From the NCBI GenBank assembly GCA_034421955.1, contig DAOUJZ010000044.1:2310-66309 (forward strand): 64,000 nt of DNA. The letters run 5' to 3'. Position 1 is the first letter of the stretch. Each line of letters begins with the position of its first letter. The stretch comes from Dehalococcoidia bacterium. GTDB lineage: Bacteria > Chloroflexota > Dehalococcoidia > Lucifugimonadales > CATOSD01. Made by a program: the position numbers and the translations under genes. This document shows positions 17,538-24,717 of this stretch, piece by piece. The notes beneath the pieces are model-generated. The model was not told the DNA's origin and ran no database searches. It worked only from the letters and a program-made list of their open reading frames with translations.

Positions 17538-18539
17538 TTAGATGCGCGGGACGACCTGGCGGGCGAGGAGGTCAAGCTGGCGGAGGACCTGGTCGTGGGG
17601 CATCCCGGGCCACTGCATGCGGAAGATGATCTGGGTGACGCCGAGGTCGCGCTCGTAACGCTCGATCTCGCGCACGATGTCGTCGGGGGTGCCGAGCACG
17701 AACCTGTCGCGGGCCAGCTCCGCGTAAGGCGAGGTGAAGTCCTCTTCTCCGGGCAGCGCCTTGTCCTGGCCCCAGGAGGCGTAGGCGGCGTATTTGCCCT
17801 CCAGGTAGGGCTGGCTCTCCACGAACGCGGTCTCCCTGTCGGCGGCGACGTACATCTCGCGGACCAGCGGCAGCTCGCCGGGGTCGGGCCGGCCGCTCTC
17901 GGCGAGCGCGTCGCGGTAGATCGGAATCTGGTCGGCGATCATGGTCATGGTGGCGTGGGGGTTGATCATCCAGGCGTAGCCCCAGCGTCCGGCGCGGCGG
18001 ATGGCGTTGTCGTGGTTGGCGGCGACCCAGATGGGCGGGTGCGGCTTCTGGACGGGCCGCGTGGTGGGGTTGGACCTGGGCACGTGGTAGAAGCGGCCGT
18101 CGACCTCGACCTCGTCCTCCGACCACAGCTTGCGGATGACCTCCAGAGACTCGGTCATGCGGGGGACGCGCTCGGAGCGGCGGACGCCGAACGCGGCGTA
18201 CTCCTCGTCGCGGTAGCCGAGGCCGATGCCGAAGATGAAGCGTCCGCCGCAGATGGCGTCCATGGTGGCGACGGTCTCGGCGACGTCGACGGGGTTGTGG
18301 AGCGGCAGCAGGATGATGCCGGCGCACACGGCCATGTCGCCGGACTCGGCGGCCATGCGGGCGAGGAAGGGCAGCGTGGCGGGCTGGGCGTAGGGCGCGG
18401 AGAGGTAGTGCTGGCCGGCGCAGACGACGTCGAACCCGGCGTCGCGGGCGGTGCGCACCTGCTCGGCGCAGTCGGCGATGACTTGCGGCAGCGCGTCGCT
18501 GTCGGGGGTCTGTGTATTGAGGAACAGTCCTATCTTCAA
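17538..18539 (-). CDS. LLM-class flavin-dependent oxidoreductase (luciferase-like monooxygenase)
   Basis: I set the start at TTG 18539 (GGAGAA RBS). The sequence LKIGLFLNT...AGFDVVCAGQHY...ILLPLHNPVDVAETVATMDAICGGRFIFGIGLGYR shows LLM hallmarks. Confidence 0.8.
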   Translation of the reverse strand: MKIGLFLNTQTPDSDALPQVIADCAEQVRTARDAGFDVVCAGQHYLSAPYAQPATLPFLARMAAESGDMAVCAGIILLPLHNPVDVAETVATMDAICGGRFIFGIGLGYRDEEYAAFGVRRSERVPRMTESLEVIRKLWSEDEVEVDGRFYHVPRSNPTTRPVQKPHPPIWVAANHDNAIRRAGRWGYAWMINPHATMTMIADQIPIYRDALAESGRPDPGELPLVREMYVAADRETAFVESQPYLEGKYAAYASWGQDKALPGEEDFTSPYAELARDRFVLGTPDDIVREIERYERDLGVTQIIFRMQWPGMPHDQVLRQLDLLARQVVPRI

Positions 18540-18589
18540 GAGCGTTCTCCGTATTGCGATGCCCGCCCTTGGATTGCCGAGCGGCGAAC

Positions 18590-18660
18590 TCCCCACCCCT
18601 GGATTCCGGCTCGGGGGCCGGAATCACGAGTTGAGGAGAGGGCCGGATTCGCGGCGGAAG
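18590..18660. repeat. REP-like element with GGATTCCGGC/GCCGGAATC hairpin
   Basis: CTCCCCACCCCTGGATTCCGGCTCGGGGGCCGGAATCACGAG...GGCCGGATTCGCGGCGG. The hairpin spans 18601-18625. A half-copy GGATTGCCG lies just upstream. Confidence 0.45.
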
Positions 18661-18716
18661 CGGGGGCGCAGTTGGGCTTGAACTGGCGAAAAGCCCTTGA
18701 TAAAATACAGGTGTGC

Positions 18717-18790
18717 TGGGGATTAGTCTAGTGGCAGAACGACGGACTCTGGATCCGTAGGCCGAGGTTCGAATCCTCGATCCCCAGCCA
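18717..18790 (+). tRNA. tRNA-Gln (anticodon CTG), CCA encoded
   Basis: TGGGGATTAGTCTAGTGGCAGAACGACGGACTCTGGATCCGTAGGCCGAGGTTCGAATCCTCGATCCCCAGCCA. Acceptor is TGGGGAT/ATCCCCA, anticodon arm ACGGA-CTCTGGA-TCCGT, and T-arm CGAGG-TTCGAAT-CCTCG. Confidence 0.9.
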
Positions 18791-18818
18791 GCCTGGCACC
18801 CCAGGCGGGCCTTAGCGT

Positions 18819-18895
18819 GGCGCATTCGTCTAGTGGCCTAGGACACCGCCCTCTCAAGGCGGAGATCAGGGGTTCGAATCCCCTATGCGCTACCA
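18819..18895 (+). tRNA. tRNA-Glu (anticodon CTC), CCA encoded
   Basis: GGCGCATTCGTCTAGTGGCCTAGGACACCGCCCTCTCAAGGCGGAGATCAGGGGTTCGAATCCCCTATGCGCTACCA. Anticodon arm is CCGCC-CTCTCAA-GGCGG and T-arm AGGGG-TTCGAAT-CCCCT. The D-region is like E. coli tRNA-Glu. Confidence 0.85.
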
Positions 18896-20499
18896 CCGTT
18901 TACTGTAGACAGAACCGGCTTGGGGATGGCGACGTCTTCGGCATTCATCCCGCCTATCCCGCTGTCCTGAGGCATCGGTATCGAGTACCGCACCTTGGCC
19001 TCGCCGGGGGCCACCACTATCTCCTTCACGAACGACTGGATGAACGACCTTCGCTCAGTTAGCTCGCTCTCGTTCAGCCACACGCTCATGTCCTTGGCGA
19101 ACGCCGTGATGGTCTCCACGTCGTCCAGCCGGACCCTACGCTCGGAGAGCATCGCCTTCGCCTCACGCGCAGAGTCCTGTAGCTTTCGCTCCCGCTCCCT
19201 GTGCTCTCGGATGCGCGGCGCTATGTCCGTGATGTCCAACTCGGTGGTCTCGATCGCACGGTAGAGCCTGTCCAGCCACCGCCGCACGTCCGCAAGCTCA
19301 CCCTCGATGGACTCCAGTTTTCTTCGTTGCTCCCGCGCGACGCCGTCCATCTCCTCGTCAACCAGCCTCACAAGTTCCCTGATATTGCTCTCGGTCAGGA
19401 TCGTGGAACGTATCTTTCCGACCACTAGCCTCTCGAATCGCCTGGCGTTAAGCCGTGGGGTCTTGCACGCTCCCTTTCCGTGCTTCAGGGCCGACTGGCA
19501 CACGTAGTACGAGAACCTGCCGCTCTTGGCGTCCTGGCCGGTGAGCGCTCTTCCACAGCTCTTGCAACTGACCAGTCCGCTGAGCAGGTAGGAGCTCGCC
19601 ACACGCCTGGGGTGGGCTCTGGACGGTGCCCTGGACCTGAGCAGTTCCGAGACTCGCTCGAACTGAGACTTGGAGACGATTCCTGGGAAGGCGTCTTCCA
19701 CCCTCACCGGAGGGGCCTTGTCCTTTGCCAAGGTTCCCCACACGAGCGTTCCCTTGTAGGCCTCGTTCGTCAGCATCTTATGAACCACGGTCTTCGACCA
19801 GCGCTTCCCGCCGGGACTCGCGATGCCCTCTGAGTTAAACTCCTTGGTAATGTCGAGAATGCTCTTGCCCGACTCGGCCATGCGAAACATCCGCTGCACC
19901 ACCACCGACGTACCCGGCTCTATCTCCAGCCTGGGCCGCTTCTTAGCGCCGTCTTGCACGTGCACCTTCCTGTAGCCGTAGGGGGCGCTCGGCGTTATCC
20001 AGAAGCCGCGAGAGGCCGCTTCCCGCATACCCCGAACGACTTCTTGCGCGAGATTCTCACTGTAGAACTCGTCCACGCTCTCTATGATGGCCTCCATGAG
20101 CTTGCCTGTTGGTGTGTCGTCGGCGTGCTCGGTGATGGAGACGACGCGAATGCCCTTGCGCCGCAGCATCGACTTGAAGGCGACCGCATGCTCGCGTTTT
20201 CTGGTGAACCGAGAGAACTTCCATACCAGAATGACGTTAAAGGGTGCCTCGTGACGACTCGCCTCTTCTATCATCTTGCGGAACTGTGGCCTGTCTGCAA
20301 TACGGCCACTCTCGGCTTCGTCCACGAACTCTCGGGCTACGGAATAGCCGTGGGCATTGGCGTAGTCCTTGAGCGCCCTCAACTGTGCCGATACGGACAG
20401 ATCCACGTCTTGCTTGTCGCTGGATACCCTGGCGTAGAGGGCGGCAGGGGTGTAGTCGTAACTATTTTTCATCTTCTTCTCCTGATTCATCCTGGCCAT
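18883..20499 (-). CDS. Large serine recombinase (integrase)
   Basis: 538 aa. ALYARVSSDKQ carries the catalytic Ser of the resolvase domain. It also has a recombinase domain, a zinc ribbon (CKSCGRAL...YYVCQS) and a C-terminal coiled coil. Its TAG stop (18883-18885) lies inside the tRNA-Glu acceptor 3' strand. Confidence 0.9.
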   Translation of the reverse strand: MARMNQEKKMKNSYDYTPAALYARVSSDKQDVDLSVSAQLRALKDYANAHGYSVAREFVDEAESGRIADRPQFRKMIEEASRHEAPFNVILVWKFSRFTRKREHAVAFKSMLRRKGIRVVSITEHADDTPTGKLMEAIIESVDEFYSENLAQEVVRGMREAASRGFWITPSAPYGYRKVHVQDGAKKRPRLEIEPGTSVVVQRMFRMAESGKSILDITKEFNSEGIASPGGKRWSKTVVHKMLTNEAYKGTLVWGTLAKDKAPPVRVEDAFPGIVSKSQFERVSELLRSRAPSRAHPRRVASSYLLSGLVSCKSCGRALTGQDAKSGRFSYYVCQSALKHGKGACKTPRLNARRFERLVVGKIRSTILTESNIRELVRLVDEEMDGVAREQRRKLESIEGELADVRRWLDRLYRAIETTELDITDIAPRIREHRERERKLQDSAREAKAMLSERRVRLDDVETITAFAKDMSVWLNESELTERRSFIQSFVKEIVVAPGEAKVRYSIPMPQDSGIGGMNAEDVAIPKPVLSTVNGGSA

Positions 20500-20704
20500 G
20501 GCCTCCCAGTCGAGACCTGAGCCTCTCCAATCGTTCCCGCCTTCGCCACTCGCGCTCTTCCATGTACAGCCTGATCGCCTCTCGAAGCAGTTCGCTGACG
20601 GAGCGGTCCTCCTCCTTCACAACCCGGCGCAGTTCCCGCGCCATATGCGGTGGAAGCGAGAAGGTGATAGTCTCGCTCTTCCTGGGCCTGGCTGGCATCG
20701 TCAC
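20462..20704 (-). CDS. Ribbon-helix-helix (CopG-like) protein
   Basis: 80 aa. ETITFSLPPHMARELRRVVKEEDRSVSELLREAIRLYM is a typical RHH beta-strand plus two helices. It lies immediately upstream of, and overlapping, the integrase gene. Confidence 0.65.
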   Translation of the reverse strand: MTMPARPRKSETITFSLPPHMARELRRVVKEEDRSVSELLREAIRLYMEEREWRRRERLERLRSRLGGHGQDESGEEDEK

Positions 20705-20743
20705 TCCTTGGCTGCAATTCGATAAGATATTGTCTTACTCTAT

Positions 20744-20775
20744 ATCATACCATCACCTACCTCCAACTAACAGTT
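20744..20775 (-). promoter_or_regulatory. Candidate promoter for the RHH-integrase unit
   Basis: The minus strand reads TTAGTTggaggtaggtgaTGgTATGAT. This is an extended -10 (TGnTATGAT) about 45 nt upstream of the RHH start, in an AT-rich gap. The -35 spacing is suboptimal at 15 nt. Confidence 0.3.
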
Positions 20776-20841
20776 AGCCTAAGGGGATTACCGCATGGGC
20801 CTCGGCATGTTCGACGCAATCGCTTGGAGTTCCAGCACTGA

Positions 20842-21677
20842 CTATTCAGGGCGAGGCACTGCAACCACTACGACCTTCGCCAGCTTTCTCTTCCATAGCA
20901 CCGGACGGGCGATGACGGCGTAGCCATCTCTGCGCTGATACTGTGTGCACACCCAGTGGACGGCACGATCGGCCAGAGAGCCCGCCGGCAACGGCCTGCC
21001 CCATCGGGGGAGCCCTCCCTCTGTTCCCGAGAGCAGGCGGGAGGGCCGAGTACCGAACCCGACGTCTTGCGAACCACCGTCGCCCGGAGGTCTGGCGGCT
21101 CGGTCCAGCATGCGGCCCCCCTCGAGACGTTCGTAGAGGACGGTCATCAGCGGCGGGTCCCGCACTACTTCGGCTAGGCGCAACGTCACTGACGCATATG
21201 AGCAGCGGAACTCGCGCCGCAGTGCCAGGACGTCCAGGCCAGTGTTTCGCGCCATGAGAGAGAACGGCTCCGGTTGCATCAACACCGCCGCTGCGAAGCG
21301 CTCCGCCTCCCTACAAACTCTGCGCCCCGGCGCCACCTCCGGGTGGAGCTCGCAGAGCGTCTCCCAGATGATCTCGTAGGTCTCGTGGAGTATCGTGAAC
21401 TCTCTGGCACCGTCCCAGAAGGGTCTGTCGGTAGTCGATGTCGTAGCACGCCGCCCGGAGCGCTGACGTGAACACCCCTCATACCGTCTAGGTGCGCTCC
21501 GTTCACCATGCCAAACCCGGCCCCTTCAAGTAGCGACTTCAGTGCGGCCATGGTGGGACGACCCGATAGGCCAAAGTATCTCACGAACCTAGCGGCCACA
21601 CTCTCCGGGTCTGGCTCCTCCCTAGTTAGGCCGTCTTCCAGCAGAGTGCGGCAGAAGTCCATTCTCCTCCTTCTCAT
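20842..21677 (-). pseudogene. ImmA/IrrE-like metallopeptidase (DUF955-like), frameshifted
   Basis: The N-terminal part is in the frame of ORF 21279..21677. The C-terminal part (REFTILHETYEIIWE...EAERFAAAVLMQPEPF) continues in the frame of ORF 20842..21336, upstream of its listed start. At least one -1 shift near 21400-21440 is needed to join them. Its start overlaps the stop of the XRE gene (ATGA). Confidence 0.5.
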
Positions 21678-22114
21678 TCCAGCAGCCTCTTGTCTGTGAA
21701 GCGCTCGTACATCTCGACGATGAAACGCTTGGCGCTGACGGACAGCGGGCCGTCAGGTCGCGTTCCAACGCGGAAGGCGGGGTCAGCAAGCACGAACCGA
21801 AATGCCCGCTCGACGTCCAAGGCCTCGTCGCTGTTGGGTGAGGGTTGCCCCGTGAGCCCCGCGCGCCTTATCAACAGTTCGGCATCCACGTTGTAGGCTT
21901 CGGCCAGCCTGCGAACGAGGCTCCGCCCAGGCCTCCGGGCTCCCCTCTCGATCTGTGAAAGGTACGAGGCCGAGACCCCCACCATCCTGGTCACGTCGCG
22001 CAGGCTCAGTGCTCCCCTCAGCCTTCTCAGAAGCATTCCTAGATCCTCTACTGCGTCCGCGTTCTCGACCAGATGGTCTAGGCGCTCTTCCATGACGCTC
22101 TCTCCTTGCTGCAA
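21674..22114 (-). CDS. XRE-family HTH regulator (ImmR/CI-like repressor candidate)
   Basis: 146 aa. LRRLRGALSLRDVTRMVGVSASYLSQIERGARRP is a canonical HTH_3 motif. It is divergent from a Cro-like HTH operon and coupled to the ImmA-like gene. Confidence 0.8.
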   Translation of the reverse strand: MQQGESVMEERLDHLVENADAVEDLGMLLRRLRGALSLRDVTRMVGVSASYLSQIERGARRPGRSLVRRLAEAYNVDAELLIRRAGLTGQPSPNSDEALDVERAFRFVLADPAFRVGTRPDGPLSVSAKRFIVEMYERFTDKRLLE

Positions 22115-22237
22115 GATCGGACTTGCCTCCTGCCGGTCTCTGCCACATGGTTGCTACATTGATGTTCAAACAGAGGGAACACTTTGGTTCTTCAAGCCTG
22201 ATTGCTTGCCAGGGGTCTTGCATCCGTGGGCCGAGTG

Positions 22238-22266
22238 TTGTTACGCTCTGGCGTACAGAACATTAT
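22238..22266 (+). promoter_or_regulatory. Candidate rightward promoter in the switch region
   Basis: TTGTTA (22238-22243), a 17-nt spacer, then CATTAT (22261-22266), about 85 nt upstream of GTG 22351. It is surrounded by repeated GAACA/TGTTC half-sites. Confidence 0.3.
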
Positions 22267-22350
22267 TTCTATTGCTCGAACAAGTATACATCACGGGCGC
22301 GGGATGGGTCTACTGCCTTGACCGCACACCGGAACCGCGGGAGCTGAAGC

Positions 22351-22515
22351 GTGAGTGGCAAGGGCAAGCAGGGACTTACAGAGGAACAGGAACGGCGTCG
22401 CATTGCCGGGCTTCGGATACTGGCCCGCATCATAGCTCGCCACTGCCTGGCCCACCCCGAACTGTACGAGAAAGACGCGGCCGGGGAGACGGCCCGGAAG
22501 GAGGGCGCGGCGTGA
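22351..22515 (+). CDS. Small hypothetical protein (54 aa)
   Basis: Below the ORF-track size cut-off. GTG start with a GGGAG RBS. Translation is VSGKGKQGLTEEQERRRIAGLRILARIIARHCLAHPELYEKDAAGETARKEGAA. Its stop overlaps the next start (GTGA). Confidence 0.35.
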   Translation: MSGKGKQGLTEEQERRRIAGLRILARIIARHCLAHPELYEKDAAGETARKEGAA

Positions 22516-22751
22516 CGCGTAGGCAGCCATCTTCGAAAGTGAGGCTCAACCCCGACAGGGTGTGGGAGCTACTCAACAGGCTCAACATGTCCCAGAACGA
22601 GCTTGCACAGCTTGCCGGCACGTCGTCGGGCTACCTGTCGCAGCTCATGTCCGGTACACGGAGACCGTCGGCCCAGCTTCGGAAGAGGCTGATGGAGGCT
22701 CTCGGAGTCACACGCTTTGAGGATCTGTTCATCCTGGAAGTCGTGAAGTGA
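22512..22751 (+). CDS. XRE-family HTH protein (Cro-like)
   Basis: The real part of ORF 22092..22751 is VTRRQPSSKVRLNPDRVWELLNRLNMSQNELAQLAGTSSGYLSQLMSGTRRPS... Confidence 0.7.
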   Translation: MTRRQPSSKVRLNPDRVWELLNRLNMSQNELAQLAGTSSGYLSQLMSGTRRPSAQLRKRLMEALGVTRFEDLFILEVVK

Positions 22752-23074
22752 GAACCGGCCGGCTGCCATCCCATTTCATCCTGTACGATGGCCTCATACC
22801 GGAGGACTTCCCAAAGAGGCTCGACACCTTCAAAGAGACCACGGAACTCTCTTGGGACTCACTCGCAGCGTGCTTGGGGGTGGACACTCGCCAGCTTCAG
22901 CGGTGGCGCAAGGGGACCAAACCCAGCGGCGACGGACTGTTCGCGCTACTACTGCTGGCGGCACGCGTTCCCGGCGGAGTCCACACGCTGTTGGGCGTGC
23001 ACGTCCTCCCCCCGGTGGTGATCAACGACGCTGCACGGGACGCAGGCTTCACTGCGTCTTGCGACGACCGATAG
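22748..23074 (+). CDS. Small HTH-like protein, paralog 1 of 3
   Basis: The shared pattern is DFPxRLxxFKExxxLSWxxLAxxLGVxxRQLxxWRxGxxPSG...LLLLA...PGG. The GTG start overlaps the previous stop. Confidence 0.55.
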   Translation: MRTGRLPSHFILYDGLIPEDFPKRLDTFKETTELSWDSLAACLGVDTRQLQRWRKGTKPSGDGLFALLLLAARVPGGVHTLLGVHVLPPVVINDAARDAGFTASCDDR

Positions 23075-23083
23075 GAACTAGCG

Positions 23084-23380
23084 TTGGGAGTGCAGCGCCG
23101 CGTACACCGATATGTCGAGTTCGATTTTCCGGCTGACTTTCCGGAGCGGTTGGCGCAGTTCAAGGATGCCAGCGGGTTGAGTTGGAGAGGGATCGCCCGT
23201 GCGCTAGGTGTCAGCCCCCATCGTCTGCGGCAGTGGCGCAACGGGCGTGCGGTTCCCGGCACCGCCCATCTATTTCTGCTACTGACCGTCGCCGAGAGCA
23301 TGGGCCTACGCGACGGGGTCCTGATGTGTCCGCGCCGCGATCTTCCAGAGTGCGCGGACCTGGACGTCCGAAGGCGATGA
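23084..23380 (+). CDS. Small HTH-like protein, paralog 2 of 3
   Basis: FPADFPERLAQFKDASGLSWRGIARALGVSPHRLRQWRNGRAVPGTAHLFLLLTVAE. Confidence 0.55.
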   Translation: MGVQRRVHRYVEFDFPADFPERLAQFKDASGLSWRGIARALGVSPHRLRQWRNGRAVPGTAHLFLLLTVAESMGLRDGVLMCPRRDLPECADLDVRRR

Positions 23381-23468
23381 CAAGATTGCAGGATGATTCG
23401 ATGACGTACCTATATCGCCGAAAAGGCAAAGGATGTAGTCGCAATTCAAGAAACAAGGAGGAAGAACC

Positions 23469-23768
23469 ATGACTACTGCGGATCGGAACCGAATCGATAG
23501 GCGAGGCCTGCCGCCCTTTCCTAAGGACTTCGGAGAGCGGCTCGAGCTGCTGAGGGAGATGAGTGGCATGTCGCGGACGGAATTCGCTGACATGATCGGA
23601 GTGACGGAGCGCGGGCTTGCTAAGTGGCTCAAAGGAGGGCCACCTTCGGGGGCTTACTTCTGGGCCATTTTGGAGTTGGCCCAGGACGTTCCCGGCGGCT
23701 TGGAGCTAGTCTTGTACGGACCTGACTGGGTCGAGAGGCAAGAAACGGGCGGGTGGGTGAACGTGTGA
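23469..23768 (+). CDS. Small HTH-like protein, paralog 3 of 3
   Basis: FPKDFGERLELLREMSGMSRTEFADMIGVTERGLAKWLKGGPPSGAYFWAILELAQDVPGG. It has an ATG start. Confidence 0.6.
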   Translation: MTTADRNRIDRRGLPPFPKDFGERLELLREMSGMSRTEFADMIGVTERGLAKWLKGGPPSGAYFWAILELAQDVPGGLELVLYGPDWVERQETGGWVNV

Positions 23769-24606
23769 ACTCCTCTAATCTGAACGAAACCGACGCCTCC
23801 GCGTTTAGGTCCATATCGACAGTAGTGCGGGTCAGAGTGAAAGCCGGTTAGGAAGGGTCGCCTAGGTGAAAGACCTTGGGCGCTATGGCCCAGACCTGCG
23901 GGCTGGGCATTCCTGCCCAACCATTAGACCTTCGAGGCACCGAATCCCATGCTGGCCTCCATGAGCGTGCTAGTAGAACAGCTGTGTCTGTCATCCGGGG
24001 ACAGAATTCTCGCGCTTCTGGTCCCCCTGTTCGTCGGGTTGATGATGTCCGTCCGGACATAGACTGGGGACCGCCGAACTATCTCGTCGCACGCTAACTT
24101 CCTCTCGGTCCCTGGACCTGAGTTGAAGGCAGTCCCGTGTGGTCTTGGATTTCCGCAAATCGGAGGCTGGGCGCCAGACCGTCTCAACCCTGGTGCTAGC
24201 TGCCGAACCTCCCGGCGAACAGTCGCGGACCACGGTGATGAAGGCACCCAGTCGCAAGGAGCATGCCCGGGCGGGATGCCGGGTTACAGGGGGAGACCCT
24301 GAGACCGCGCCTGTCGAATTGGCTCGGAACGCCAGAGTGTTCACAGGCTGCCAGGCTCGATATGGAGATGGTGTTGCCTACCGCCCAATACGCCTTCAAA
24401 ATGTTGGCTGGCATGGATCCGTGTTCGAAGACTTCCGCAGGTCTGACTTGGGGAACATTGCAGGAAGTTCCCTACCATCACCTGCCATTCGCGAGTCATC
24501 GACTCCGGTTCTGAGGTTCCGGCGGTAATGTCCGTCGGTATGCCGTGGAGCAAGCACAGCCATTGGCGTCCGACGTGAGTGAAATCTGACTGTTCGTGCT
24601 ACCGAC
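23769..24606. other. ORF-poor region of about 840 nt, hairpin-rich, no recognisable coding potential
   Basis: All six frames are broken into short ORFs with no recognisable motifs. Local hairpins include GGGCA-ttcc-TGCCC (23904), GGTCCCC...ATGTCC-gtcc-GGACAT...GGGGACC (24020-24072) and GGTCT...AGACC (24141-24180). Confidence 0.4.
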
Positions 24607-24668
24607 AGCCGTCCGCAGGGAGTGGGTTCTCAAGTAGAGGCGGAGACCCTCCTGCCGCCGGGACGGCT
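24607..24668 (-). terminator. Long nested hairpin downstream of the replication-relaxation gene
   Basis: AGCCGTCC-GCAGG(G)AG-...GGGT-CTC-aagta-GAG-ACCC...-CTCCTGC-cgccg-GGACGGCT. It lies about 50 nt past the stop at 24718. Confidence 0.45.
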
Positions 24669-24717
24669 CAGACTCACAGTTCGTTTCCGGGGTGGCACAC
24701 CCGTGTACCTTGGGCTG

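Noticed and set aside
23769-24717. Known large RNA (group II intron domain V, RNase P, tmRNA) in the ORF-free gap.
   Set aside because: I could not find the characteristic motifs, for example a domain V-like GAGCCGTAT...ACGTACGGTTC or a tmRNA tag region. It is reported only as an unclassified structured or non-coding region.
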